A stretch of 64,000 nucleotides of DNA from Eledone cirrhosa (taxonomy: Eukaryota). Position 1 is the first letter of the stretch; every line of letters starts with the position of its first letter. The stretch is from assembly GCA_964016885.1 (NCBI GenBank), contig OZ024759.1, forward strand, positions 18,166,001 to 18,230,000, given 5' to 3'. Below the pieces are notes generated by a model, which worked only from the letters and a program-made list of their open reading frames with translations, searched no databases and had not been told where the DNA came from. The translations under genes and the position numbers were made by a program. Positions 38,963 through 53,264 of the stretch are shown piece after piece.

Positions 38963-39888
38963 CAGAAGTTCTCAAACTTTTGGGCCACCACCCCCTCCTC
39001 ATGGCCATGTAAAACCCAACAACCCTATATCCAGAATGATCTGTCTTCACGTAAATTGTAAAAAATATATAATAAATAAAATTGTTCATTTATATATAAT
39101 AAATAATTGTTTCTACTTTTGGCACAAGGCCAGCAATTACTCCAGTGTATTACTGGTACTTTATTTTATCGACCCCGTAAGGATGAAAGGCAAAGTTAAC
39201 CTCGGCAGGATTTGAACTCAAAATGGCAAGGGCCGTAATAAATAATATAATATATACTATGTTTAAATAAATATTATATTATTTTTATTTTTCATTTATA
39301 TATAGCTAGCAGAAAACCACCCAAGGGTGGTTTTCTGCTAACATGTGTTGTGTGCATATTGATATTATATGCAAATATACATGCATGTAGATATGAAACA
39401 TCAAATAAAATTGACAATATGCACAGAAATTGAATGAAGTCTGCGTTACACTCTCTTATGTAATCAGTAAAGTAATCCATGATTCATTAAAAAAAGATGA
39501 TATTATATATAAACTACATTAGGAGAAAATTAGTGACGGAAATATATGAATGTTTATTTAAGTGATCTCTAACTGGAAGTATTGACATTTGAAAATTTTA
39601 AAGAAGTGAATCTTTAAATAAAAACAATAAAATATATTTAATCAAAAGTTACGAAATTTAGTCGATAAATTATGTAATATTCATTCATTATTTATTCAAA
39701 GTAATCCAACTTATTTTACAAACGGGATAAAAATATATATTCTGGACGCAGTCCCACACTCCTTTCTTTATTATAGTTAAGATATGTATTATTTTATATT
39801 TTATATACTATTATATCAACTCTAGCACCCCCTTAGACCCCAGCGCACCCTGGAGCTTCTCAACGGCTCCTTGGGGTGAGAACCTCTG
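38963..39888. mobile_element. Old non-autonomous hAT-like element interrupted by a SINE A (39103-39237)
   Basis: Ends cagaagttctca and tgagaacctctg. No recognisable TSD. A similar left end lies at 13034. Confidence 0.55.
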
Positions 39889-40364
39889 GCTTAAATATCA
39901 GCTTTTGGAGAGGACTCCTGTAGCATGTGCAAGCATGGCAAACCAGATGTAAAACCTGTGAGAGGCAATGCTGAGACTAAGGAGGTTGGTAGCGGTGAAG
40001 GAGTTTGTAGTTTCAACAGCGATGGTTGAGGCATGCTAAATATCAATTATTAAAATGTTTCTTGAGTAATCGAATGCAAATAGGTAGGGGAAATGTATAA
40101 AATATTTTTATAACTTCAGTAGTATAACCAATCGTTATCTAAAGTAATTTATGGCGTAATTTGTAGACAAACAATTTAACAAAATGGTAATTTCAAATGT
40201 TGCTAACATTTTTATTGTTTTTTTAGTAATTTGTAATTAGGTGGACTTAATTAAACATCAGACGAAGACTTATCATCCATAACTATGTCCTTCTACCCAT
40301 AAAATAGTTTCACTAGGGAATCAACTAATGGGAATGTCGCAGAACCATATATATATACATATAC

Positions 40365-40433
<69 letters not shown>

Positions 40434-40462
40434 TACATATATCATTCTGCGACAACAATATG

Positions 40463-40516
<54 letters not shown>

Positions 40517-40967
40517 TATATTATATTATGTATATATTATGTATATAAGCAAGCAGAAATGTGTTTGTATATATGTGTATGTGTCTATATACATTATATA
40601 TATATTTATATATATGTATTTATTTATATATATATATATATAGACAGACTTAATTTTATGTTTGTGTGCATGTGTGTTTATATATATGATAGCATGGAAA
40701 GTGGACATTGAACAATGATGATGATTGTAAAAAAAAAAATACACACATACACACGTTTTTACATATATTTGTATTACAGACACATGTATAGTCAAACTTA
40801 TATACATACACACAGATACACACACATAACTCTGCATCATATCACATTTAAATATCTATATGTATTATATATTATATATTTTATGTACAATAAAGCAGCT
40901 CACGCCACACGGAAAGCAGCTGTAAATTAGTGATGATGATGATAATGATGATGACGTAATGTATATG

Positions 40968-41018
<51 letters not shown>

Positions 41019-41020
41019 AT

Positions 41021-41439
41021 CTAAGGCGGGTAAAATTCCCGAGATCTATGGACGAGTTCTCTCCAGCGGTCTCCGTCCCTCATTATCGCTGCCATGTCCT
41101 GCGTCTCCAACAGACCAGTGTCTGTTCTTAGGGCATCAACATACGTTAACCTTGGTCTTCCTCTTCTAGTGTGTCCATGTAGGGGCTCCCACAGGAGCAC
41201 TGAGTGCAATGTCAACTCTGGATGTCGGTGAGCATGTCCAGCTAACCTCAGTCTCCTCTGTGAGACTAAAACAAAATATCTGGTAGAGAATGTTGTGAAG
41301 CCAGAGGGGATCACTAATGTAGGCGGGAAGCCGCTAGAATTGGTTGAGGGCTTCTTGTATTTGGGAGCAAAGATTGGGAATACGGAAGATGATGTGGTTG
41401 AGAGGAAGAGCAAAGCCTGGGCGGTGTGCCACAGCTTGA

Positions 41440-41440
<1 letters not shown>
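41021..41440 (-). mobile_element. RTE/RTEX-like LINE fragment with 5' inversion
   Basis: The minus part encodes RRLRLAGHAHRHPE...LLWEPLHGHTRRGRPRLTYVD...DRWR. The plus part (from about 41268) encodes KTKYL...LELVEGFLYLGAKI...ERKSKAWA, an upstream portion of the same kind of ORF. Confidence 0.82.
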
Positions 41441-41475
<35 letters not shown>

Positions 41476-41639
41476 CGTGTGTGTGTGTAATATTTTATAT
41501 ATTTACATTTTTTAAATATTTTTATGCAGCTACAATAAAACCAGTTTGAAAGATGATGAAGTGTTTTCAAATTAACCAAAATTTATCGAACTCATGTAGT
41601 TTAATGGTTAAAGTCTTTTACTCATTTCCTATTGTTTCT

Positions 41640-43330
41640 CATGATAGGATTAAGGTTCTTATTATTAAAACACAGAAGAAACTTCTGTAAGCTACAACCT
41701 AATACGAAGCCTGCTAACCATGCATAGATATGAGCTTTAATAACATGATAGGACTGGGACTTCCATCATTAAAACATGGCAGAAACCTCGTATGAGGTCC
41801 AGCCTCATACAACCATTGGTCAATCAATGATAAGCATTGATTGCCAAATAAATTAACTATGGAGATATAAAAGATACAGAAGCGAAAACCAACCAAACAG
41901 TGAGTGTGTTCTGTTGTTATTTCTGGCAATATTATTACAACAATATGACCCTCCCCAAGTATATATATATATATTATACACATGTTATTAAGGTTAAAAA
42001 GTGAGTCTTGTTACGATGACTTTAGCCTAATACTCGAGTTTTATTGGTCTTAGTATCAACTCATCCAGTCCTTCATTTTGGCATTTGAATGACTACAAGT
42101 TATTAAAGCCTACGAAACTCGAGGGAATTTCCTGATGCCAACGTTGAGAACTGATTGTACATAACTACTTGTATATTTTATACCAAGTTTGTAATATATA
42201 TATATATATAGTAATAATAATAAATATGAAGACTAAAATCAAAAGAGGGCTCGATAAGGATGAATATATATCAAATAGGTCCAGCCTCATACAAGGCCAG
42301 CTAAACCTGCATAGATGTGAGCTGTAATAACATGATAGGACTGGGGCTTCCATCATTAAAACATGGCAGAAACCTCCTATGAGGTTCAGCCTCATACAAG
42401 GCCAGCTAAACCTGCATAGGTGTGAGCTGTAATAACATGATAGGACTGGGGCTTCCATCATTAAAACATGGCAGAAACCTCCTATGAGGTCCAGCCTCAT
42501 ACAAGGCCAGCTAAACCTGCATAGGTGTGAGCTGTAATAACATGATAGGACTGGGGCTTCTATCATTAAAACATGGCAGAAACCTCCTATGAGGTATAAC
42601 CTCATACAAAGCTGTAACAACATATATATTATACTGTAACCAGACAAACATCCAATACAGTCATTTTCTCTTTTACCTGTCTTCTCTCATCATCTGTTTA
42701 CCTGGGCGAAGCTGGGTACATCAGCTAGTATATATTAATGTGTGATATGACTACAGTGTCTATCTTAAAACACACAGAAAACATTGTATGTGATGCAGCT
42801 TTGTAGGAGGGCAGCTAAACCTGCATTGATCTGAGCTTCAATAACATGATAGTACTGGGGCTCCTATCATTAAAACACAGAAGAAACCTCCTTTGAGGTA
42901 CAACCTCATACAAGGCCTGCTTCACCTACACATGTGAGCTGTAGCAACATATATATTTGTGTGTGATAGAACTGGGACTCGTGTTATTAAAGCACCAAAG
43001 AAACCTTTTATGAAGTACAACCTCATACAAACCCTGCTAAATCTGCAACGTATATATTAAAGGACAACAGCTACTGTCATTAAAACACCCAGAAAGCCTC
43101 GTGTGTGATGCAGCTTTTGCAGGAGGGCAGCTAAACCTGCATAGGTGTGAGGTGAAACGACATATATATTCATATGTGATAAGACTGGTGTTCTTATCAT
43201 TAAAACACCAAAGAAACCTCCTATGAGGTCTTACCTCATACACAGTTTGCTACACCAACATAGGATTGACCTATAACTACATGCTTATTCGTGTTTAATA
43301 TGACTGGGTCTCCTATGAGTAAGACACTAT
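41640..43330. repeat. ~106-bp satellite: three young copies (42277-42610) within older diverged copies
   Basis: Unit aggtccagcctcatacaaggccagctaaacctgcatag...aaacctcctatg. Confidence 0.82.
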
Positions 43331-43689
43331 CAATCCTTGTTTGGTAAACCCCTCATTATGGGACATAAGTAAATATAGATGCAAAACCCCATCTTCACAC
43401 ACACTTCCATCCACACAAACTCACATCCACATGCACACTCACATAGCCTGTTCATACAAATTTATACATTCACACAGACACATACCCTCACACATCCCCC
43501 CCCCCCACACACACATACCCCCCCCCCCCACACACATAGAATGGGTTTTCACACAGTTTCTGTCCAATGAAATTTACTCGCAAGGAATTGGTCAAGCTGA
43601 TGCCATGCAGGAGGATCAAACCCAGAACCTCACAGCTGGTGACTGGGAAAGAACTCTTTAACCATGCAATGGTGCCAGTTAAGGAAGTG

Positions 43690-44157
43690 AAGTTCCCCAC
43701 ACACTGCCTCCTTCAGCTTGATAACACCCTGATGCCAAATTTTGTCCATTTTCAAGAGAAGTCACTACTAGTTACTTTTGAAGTCTTCTTTGAACAGTCG
43801 TATGTCAGTTTACCCGAAGAAAAAACAAAAAGCAATGCAGTTATTAAGAAGAAGAGTTGTAATTAATGCCAGCAAATTTTGACAGCTCTAACATTACTAC
43901 TTCATAGATAGCCTTTGATCATAGACAGCCTATGATCTATATGTGTGTGTGTGTGTACCCAGGGTGGTGAAAAAGTTCATAGGCTGACCAAGATACTCTC
44001 ATGGAATGGCCAAATGAGATTTATTATTCAACATAGTGCCAGGAAAGAAACAATGCAGTTATTAACAAGAAGTATTGAAATAAATGCATGCAAGATTTCA
44101 CTGCTCTAGCATCACTCCTTCATAGTCAACCTAAGAACTTTTCAGCCGACCCTCATA
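43690..44157. mobile_element. mariner-derived remnants
   Basis: Element of about 200 bp at 43957-44157 with imperfect TIRs (agggtggtgaaaaagttc / gaacttttcagccgaccct) and TA ends. An adjacent minus-strand MDKIWHQGVIK resembles a mariner transposase N-terminus. Confidence 0.6.
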
Positions 44158-45094
44158 CTTCAACCAGACAAATTCTCTATTCAGTACATCAAAAGTGAGC
44201 TCAATACAGTAGATGCATTGTTGAAATCTCCCAATATCTTAAACATAAATATTGAAAACAATACTATTGAACGATTCATAAATTATATAAGCGTCAATAG
44301 TGTTCTTAATATGTTTGTCGGAAATAATGCTAGTCTGAATAGGTGTTAGTGAAAAGACCAGGCTACACAAAAGACTGTTCTCAACATCAACTGGAATAAT
44401 ATTTAAAAAGAATTAGCAAGGTGTATTAAAAAAAAAGAAGGCAAACTTAACCAACAAAAGGAACTTTATAGTAAAGTATGGCTGTGGTGGGAGGTCTGGT
44501 GGGTGGGAAGAAGGAGTGAGAGGGAGAGAGAGTCAAAGTGAAAGAGAGAGCGAGAGAGAGATAGTGTCAGAGTGAGAAAGTAAGCAAGAGAGAGAGAGAG
44601 AGAGAAAGTCAGAATATGTCAGAGTAAGAGAGAGAGAGAGATAATCAATGTGAGAGAGAGTGAGGGAAAGAGAGAATGTTTGAGAGTGAGAGAAAAAGAA
44701 TGTGTCGAAGTGAAGTGAAAGAAAGAGAAAGAGTGTCCGAGTGAGCGAATGAGAGAGACTGAGAGAAGGAAAGGGAGATAGCATACACAAAAGCTATCTG
44801 GGCATTGATAGAGATAGAGAGAGAGACAAAGAAATTAATTTATACAGCCTTTAATAGCCTAAAATCAATGAAAATAGTGAAGAATTAATCAAATCTTGCT
44901 TGTCATATGTTTCAGCCATATTTACTGAAAAGCTTTCTTACGAAGGTTTGACACCTTCACAATAGAAATAATAATAATATGATTAGTCTTTCTCTTCCTA
45001 ATATTAGTTATATGTTATAATACCTATTATGATGGTCTTAGAAAAATGCCCTCTTCCTCCCAACCCGCCTAATCACTGAATTTATATGTAAAGG

Positions 45095-45516
45095 ATTTGT
45101 TGAAGTTTGGCAATGAATGGAGTATTCATATCTGCAACATAGCTCCATATTATTCTACAAGCAAATTTGTTGAAGTTTGGCAATGAATGGAGTATTCACA
45201 TCTGTAAAATAGCTACATATTATTCCACAAGCAAATTTGTTGAAGTTTGGCAATGAATGGAGTATTCACATCTGTAAAATAGCTACATATTATTCCACAA
45301 GCAAATTTGTTGAAGTTTGGCAATGAATGGAGTATTCACATCTGTAAAATAGCTACATATTATTCCACAAGCAAATTTGTTGAAGTTTGGCAATGAATGG
45401 AGTATTCACATCTGTAAAATAGCTACATATTATTCCACAAGCAAATTTGTTGAAGTTTGGCAATGAATGGAGTATTCACATCTGTAAAATAGCTACATAT
45501 TATTCCACAAGCAAAT
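45095..45516. repeat. 70-bp tandem repeat, 6 copies
   Basis: (atttgttgaagtttggcaatgaatggagtattcacatctgtaaaatagctacatattattccacaagcaa)n. Confidence 0.93.
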
Positions 45517-46666
45517 TCAGAAATAGAATTTAATTTCAAAACAGTTGTGAATCTTGTTTGGAGTAGCAAAGGTATTAACAAATTGAATTCAGATAAATTT
45601 TCTGACAAAATAGCTTTTAAGTCATTAAAGAAAAGGATATGTTACCTTCATTGTTAGCAGAGGAGTTATGATAATAAAGAGTCAATAGAACAATGTGTGG
45701 TGCTTATTAAAGTACATGTATGTTAGGCAACGAATTGGCAGAGATGTTAGAACAGTGGATAGAATGCTTTGCTCTCTGCTCACTGAGTTCACATCCAACT
45801 GAGGTCAAGTTTGCTTTTCATCCATTGGAGGTTGAAAAAAGAAAAAGTACCAGTCTAGTACTGGGGTTGATTCTTCCTCTATATTTCTTTCTCACTTCCA
45901 TTCTCTCACTCTCTCTAGCCTTCTCTGGAGGAAATCTGCTGTCCTCAGGCTTGGAGAGGAGATAGGTTCTGCTAGGTTTAAAAGTGCCCTAAAAATGCTG
46001 TGTTAATAATGCACTCCTATGACTCCCACAGGAGTTATGAAGAAACCAAGGAAACAATGTCGCCATTAGTTTTTCCATTACTGATACTATCTGTTGGTTT
46101 CAACTCTTGACAGAAGAAAGGAAAGAAGCCTATTATCAGATAAGACCAAGAAATAATGTCTACATTGGTCTTTCCATTACTGATACTATCTGTTGGTTTC
46201 AACTCTTGACAGAAGAAAGGAAAGAAGCCTATTATCAGATAAAACCAAGGAAACAATGTCACCATTAGTTTTTCCATTGTTCGTACTATCTGCTGGTTGC
46301 AGCTCCCGGCAGAAAGAGCTATGTGAAATAAAGTATTTTGCACAAAATAACACAATGTACCTACCAATCCTGCAATCAAACCCACAACCGTATGATCAGG
46401 TGTCCAACTCCCTAACCTCTAAGCCACTGATAATTCTTTCAATGTCAAGTTGCTGTCATGTCATAGTATTTTAAATGAAAAATAACAACCTCTAAGAAAG
46501 AAATACAAGAAAACCAATTGTCAGTCTTGTCTTTCATGATGACTGTCGGATGAAAAAAATTTTTGAATTCTTATTTTTTTAAAGTCTTGTGATCATATTC
46601 TCCATATTGTATGTATGTTGATTTATAATTTTTAGTCTAGCGATTATCTTACCCATATAGTGTGTG

Positions 46667-46712
<46 letters not shown>

Positions 46713-47131
46713 ATGTGTATATATATATATGTATGTATATATATATATGTATATATTTATATATATATGTATACATATATATGTATATATTTATATATAT
46801 ATGTATATATATATATATGTATATATTTATATATATATGTATATATTTATATATATATGTATGTATATATATATATATATATATACGTATGTGTATATAT
46901 ATATATGTATATACATAATTTTAGTCTAATATTCATCTTATACATATTGTATATATATATATATGTTAATATATAATTTTTAGGCTAGTATTCATCTTAT
47001 ACATATTGTATATATATATGTTGATATATAATTTTTAGTTTAGTATTCATCTTATACATATTGTATGTATATATATATATGTGTGTATGTGTGTGAGTTG
47101 ATATATAATTTTTAGCCTAGTATTCCTGTAT

Positions 47132-47234
<103 letters not shown>

Positions 47235-47320
47235 TTTACGCCCACCTTCCTCTGATGACAGCAATAGCATTGAGTGTATTTAACCCTTTAGTATTTTCTA
47301 ATATTATTCAATATTATTAC

Positions 47321-47703
47321 GTGGATTGGCAGTATCGGTAGAGGGTCGGACGCCATGCTTTCCAGCATAGAGTTACGTCCCTTTACGATCTGAGTTCAAA
47401 TCCCGCTGAGGTTGACTTTGCCTTTCATCCTTACGGGGTCGATAAAATAAAGTACCAGTAATGCACTGGGATAATTGCTGGCCTTGTGCCAAAAGTAGAA
47501 ATAATTATTACAACAATAGTGGATTGGCAGTATCGGTAGACGGTCGGACACTATGCTTTGATGAATAGAGTTACGCCCCTTGCCATTCTGAGTTCAAATC
47601 GCGTCAGGGTTAACTTTTGCCTTTCATCCTTACGGGGTCGATAAAATAAAGTACCAGTAATGTACTGGGTAATTGCTGGCCTTGTGCCAAAAGTAGAAAC
47701 AAT
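47321..47703 (+). mobile_element. Two tandem SINE A copies
   Basis: Near-consensus copies at 47321-47505 and 47519-47703. Confidence 0.85.
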
Positions 47704-47794
47704 TATTTCAACTATATGACCCTCCCCAAGTATAACAATATATATATATATATATCTACATACATATGTATATATATATACATACATATACATA

Positions 47795-48135
47795 CATCAT
47801 CATCATCATCATTTTACGTCCGCTTTTCCCTGTTTGCAAGGGTGGAACGGAAACTGATGCTGGCTTGATTTCTACAGCTGGATGCCCTTCCTAACACCAA
47901 CCCCATTTACAGTGAGTGCTGGGTGCTTTTTTGCCGTGGCGCCTCCACGTCCACTTTGCAGTGGAATGATAGGGACCCCAGTCCCTATCATCTCATTTCT
48001 ACAGCTGAGTAAACTGGAGCAACGTGAAATAAAGTGTCTTGCTCAAGGAAACAACACATCACCCGGTCTGAGAATTGAACTCACAACCTTTCGATTGCAA
48101 TCCCAATGCTCTAACCACTAAGCCATGTGCCTCCA
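47795..48135 (-). mobile_element. SINE B
   Basis: Full-length reverse-complement copy. Confidence 0.85.
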
Positions 48136-48140
48136 TACAT

Positions 48141-48187
<47 letters not shown>

Positions 48188-48198
48188 CATATACATAA

Positions 48199-48235
<37 letters not shown>

Positions 48236-48258
48236 CATACATATATATATATATATAT

Positions 48259-48350
<92 letters not shown>

Positions 48351-48353
<3 letters not shown>

Positions 48354-48488
48354 AAATAAATATGATTTTATAAATATAGTTTCCATTTGTTAATATCGTA
48401 TTTTTACTCCAAATATTTGTTGAGTGCTTTATATCAGTTATAAAAATATTTGCTTGTTGTATCCCAACAATTTAAATAGAACTTTTAC

Positions 48489-48490
<2 letters not shown>
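48351..48490 (+). mobile_element. 5'-truncated family-P1 fragment
   Basis: Matches the 3' part of 6958-7097 and sits between (TA)n tracts. Confidence 0.7.
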
Positions 48491-48519
<29 letters not shown>

Positions 48520-48909
48520 AACACATGTGCTGTATTATAGTTAATTCCATGTCTATGGAGGTTGACAAGTTCTTCACGTTCTTTGAATCTTGGCTATATT
48601 TGTTGTCATTGTTGTTGTTGCTGCTTTTACTGTTGCTGTTGTTTTCGTTGTTGAATTGTTATTGGTGTTGTTTTTAAGGTCAGACCAGTTTGGATTAAAT
48701 ACCATCAACTATTTGACGTGGATTATTGTCACAATCTGCTGATTCCAATTTATTTTGGCAGAACAGAACAAAACACAAAACCGTCTGACTATTTTTCTCA
48801 ACTACACTCCTCTACTATTTATTCACAGCGCACTTTTTCACCCCAGCTCACCAATCAAGTCCTCATCTTTCCATAACAGCATTCCTATCTTTTCTGACCA
48901 CATTTTCCA

Positions 48910-49338
48910 CCTACCCACACTCTCAGCTAACTTCCACAGCCTGACCATGTTTCCTGCTCCTCTCTGACCCCCCACACTCTCAGCTAACTCCTACAGCATA
49001 GCTATTTCTCCTGCCCTCTCACCTACACTCTCAACTAACCCCTACAGCAAAGCCATCTCTTCTACCCTCCTACCCACACTCAGCTGACCTCTACAGCATG
49101 GCTATCTCTCCTCCCTCCCACACTCTCAGCTAACCCCTACAGCATGGCTATGTTTCCTGCCCCTCCCTGATCCCCACACTCTCAGTTAACCCCTACAGCA
49201 TGGCCATATTTCCTGCCCCTCCCTGATCCCCACACTCTAAGCTAACCCCTACAGCATGGCCATGTTTCCTGCCCTTCCCTGATCCCCACACTCTCAGCTG
49301 ACCCCTACAGCATGGCTATCTCTGTTGCTCCCCCACAC
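48910..49338. repeat. ~55-bp tandem repeat
   Basis: (cccacactctcagctaacccctacagcatggc...)n. Confidence 0.85.
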
Positions 49339-50697
49339 GTCAATATGTGTGGGGGAGCAAGATGGCAGTAATTTTGATTATGGGTTGATTTTGGTTTGAA
49401 ACGACCCATCCAATCCATACCAGCATGGAAAAACTGTTGTAAAATTATGATCATGATCATGATCGTGGTGGTGGTGGTGATGGTGGCTATTGTTCTTGTT
49501 GTCCCTACAACTCTCAGACCCTCTCGTTCTAACTAATTAGACTTTTTCCTTGTGTTTTCATTAATGTTTTAGCACCAAGAAAAAAGCAATGATTTTTGTT
49601 AATCCTTGATTGTTTGTAATAAAATTGTGTTTAAACCAACATGGTTGGCATTGTGGTGCTCACCATTAATTCACATGTTGCTTTGTTGCCAGACTCTGTC
49701 AAAATTGATTGTGCTGAAATTACTTCCTTCATTTAATTAAAAGTTTTGTGGCTAGTGTTATTATTATTATTATTATTTTGTTTTACTAGTTGTCATTCTC
49801 CATCCATTTTTCATCAGCTTTTGTCTGTAGGTGAAATTTCAGTTTTTGTTACTAAACATAGAATGAATTGTGTCCAGTAATTTAGTAATCACAGAATCTG
49901 TGCAATTCACAATTCGCAATTCAGTTTCCTTCATCGGATACACTTGAGCTGTTTAATTTCTCCGGCTATTGAAGAGTTAGATTTGAAGTCATATGCTGAG
50001 ATTAAAAAGTGACTTTCACCAGGCAGCTTTTATAATCTAATGTGAGTCATCATTATCATCGTTATAATCAACATCACCAGCATCATTTTTCCATGGTTTA
50101 GCTGAGTTCTCTCCATCTCCTTTTCCCTTTGTCATCTCCTTTGTGAGATTTATTGTCCATTTTTGTCCATGCCTGTATGGGTTATACAAGTCCTCTCCAC
50201 CTACCTCTTTCCTTTGTCATCTCCTTTGTGAGGTTTAGTCTCCATTCTTCCATGCTTGCATGGGTTACATAAGTCCTCCCCATCTACCTCTTTCCTTTGT
50301 GAAGTTTAGTGTCCATTTTTTCCATGCTTGCATAAGTCCTCTACATCTGTCATTTCCTTTGTGAGGTTCAGTGTCCATTTTGTTTTCAATGTTTGCATGG
50401 GTTTTGTGGCTAGTGTTTCTCTCTTACAGCATCTTTCTCCGTCTGTCTCTTTATTTGTTATCTTGTTTAGGTTGTCCAGCTTCCTGAGAACTGCTTTCAC
50501 AACTTCTACCCTTGTCTTTCCTCAGCCTACCTCTATCACTCACTTCCTTCCACTTGGAACTCCTCGCAGTTCTTCACCAAACAATCAACATAGATACACA
50601 TTACATGTCCATACTTGTGCAATCTTATGTTAACTCTGATATGAAGTCCTAAATAACCAGCAGTAACCCCCAAGGCTGTAAAAAGGAGATAATAATA

Positions 50698-51208
50698 ATA
50701 ATTGTTTCTACTTTTGGCACAAGGCCAGCAATTATCCCAGTGCATTACTGGTACTTTATTTTATCAACCCTATAAGGACGAAAGGCAAAGTTAACCTCGG
50801 CGGGATTTGAACTCAGATTGTTAAGAGCCGAAACTCTATGCTGCAAAGCATGGCTCCCAACTCTCTACCGATTCTGCCAATCCATTATCATTAATATATC
50901 CCGCCGAGGTTAACTTTGCCTTTCATCCTTACAGGGTCGATAAAATAAAGTACCAGTAATACACTGGGATAATTGCTGGCCTTGTGCCAACAGTAGAAAC
51001 AATTAATATATTATTAGGGCGGTAGATTTGTAGTACCAGTGGAGGGTGAGACGGCATGCTTTGCAGCATAGAGTTTCGCCCCTTTATGGTCTAGGTTCAA
51101 ATCCCGCTGAGGTTAACTTTGCCTTTCATTCTTACAGGGTCGATAATATGAAGTACCAGTAATGCACTGAGATAATTGCTGGCCTTGTGCCAAAAGTAGA
51201 AACAATTA
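50698..51208. mobile_element. SINE A copies in inverted arrangement (one minus, two plus)
   Basis: 50698-50885 (-), 50897-51003 (+) and 51016-51208 (+). Confidence 0.83.
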
Positions 51209-51239
51209 TCATTTGTAATGCGTTACTCTGGTAGATGTT

Positions 51240-51388
51240 ATAGAGACACTATACCAAAAGAACAATCCATAGCCAATAGCCAAAGGTCCTTTCGGTCATT
51301 CCTCTTCTTCAATTTTCTTAACACCTTCTTTAGAATCCTTGCTGTTCCTAGCACCTAGCAAAGCTATTTTCTGCAATAACCCCATTCA
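51240..51388 (-). mobile_element. R4/Dong-like (RLE) retrotransposon 3' end
   Basis: Reverse complement encodes LLQKIALLG/TARILKKVL, frameshifted by a short gctagg duplication. A second decayed copy (KALLGRA*ILRRVL) is at about 25170-25330. Confidence 0.65.
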
Positions 51389-51389
51389 T

Positions 51390-51862
51390 TTCATTTTCAT
51401 TTCATTTTTACGTCTGCTTTTTCCCTGCTTGCAAGGGTGGGACGGGAACTGATTCTGTCTTGATTTCTACAGCTGGATGCCCTTCCTAACACCAACCTCA
51501 TTTACAGTGAGTGCTGGGTGCTTTTTTGCCATGGCACCTCCACGACCACTGTGTTGATGTGTTGTTTCCTTGAGCAAGACACTTTATTTCACTTTGCTCC
51601 AGTTGACTCAGCTGTAGAAATGAGATGATAAGGACTAGGGTCCCTATCATTCCACTGCAAAGTGGTCGTGGAGGTGCCACGGCAAAAATGCACCCAGCCC
51701 ACACTGTAAGGTGGACGTGTAGGCGCCACAGAAAAAAAGCACCCAGCACTTACTGTAAATGAGGTTGGTGTTAGGAAGGGCATCCAGCTGTAGAAATCAA
51801 GCCAGAATCAGTTCTCGTCCCACCCTTGCAAGCAGGGAAAAGCAGATCTAAAATGATGATGA
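51390..51862. mobile_element. Inverted pair of SINE B 3' parts
   Basis: About 51400-51550 (-) directly joined to 51555-51862 (+). Confidence 0.82.
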
Positions 51863-52136
51863 TACATACACACATACTCATGAAAACACTAACACACACA
51901 CAAAAATATCACAATTACACATACATGTACATGCACACAAAAATAAACCCAAACCACATGAAGATACAAAAAAACACACACTCACACATGGACACATACA
52001 CACATACACATGAAGACACAAACACACACACGCACACACAAATACATAAAGACACATATATCCACATGCAAACAGAAATTAACCCAAACCTACAAGGAGA
52101 TACAAAAAAACACGCACACATAAAAACACAACAGCA

Positions 52137-52177
<41 letters not shown>

Positions 52178-52525
52178 ATACACACATTATGAAAACAAAA
52201 TTTAATATGAATAAAAATGAAAAGATTTTTTTTGTTTTCTTCAAATTCGAGGAATTATTTTGATTGAGAGACTTCAACTGTTGCAAAATAATTATGGGAA
52301 ATGAAAACTAAAATATTTCTTAACTGTTAATGAGTACTTACTTGGAAAATGCTGATCAGGTGTAACCTGCCAGTATGTACTGAATGTGGATGTTGTGTTG
52401 AGTGTGTGTGTTGAGGTGTGTGTGTGTGAGTTAGTCTGCAGTGTGTTTGTTTTTTAATTATTTTTTATTACAATTTAATATTTTATTTGTTACTGTAATG
52501 TATATATATATTCTAATATCTTTCC

Positions 52526-52588
<63 letters not shown>

Positions 52589-52703
52589 CATCGTTATCGT
52601 GATATATATATATACACACACATATATATATGTATATATACACACGCACATATATATATATGTGTGTGTATATATATATATATGTGTATAATATATGTAT
52701 ATA

Positions 52704-52751
<48 letters not shown>

Positions 52752-52757
52752 TATATG

Positions 52758-52812
<55 letters not shown>

Positions 52813-52838
52813 GGGCAGATTCACACACACACTCATAG

Positions 52839-52869
<31 letters not shown>

Positions 52870-53228
52870 AATTCACACACACACATAGATATATGTATAT
52901 ATATATTTATATATTTATTTATTTATCTTCTCCAGTAAACCGTGTTCCTCCTTTTTAACAGAATCTTGTCAAACTAATTTTACTAACTCATCCCATAACC
53001 CCCCCCCCCCCAACACACACACACACACACTCACACACACATATATGAATACACACACACAGGTGTGTGAAAATAGACAACTTACATGTCTAAAAACAAA
53101 AATAAAACAAAAGAAAAACACAGAAAAAATCAAATCAAAACTACAAAAAAAAAAACAACTACAGAATAAAGACCCACAAACAATATTAATAAAGTGGGAA
53201 GGAAATACTGATGATGGTGATGGTGATG

Positions 53229-53264
<36 letters not shown>

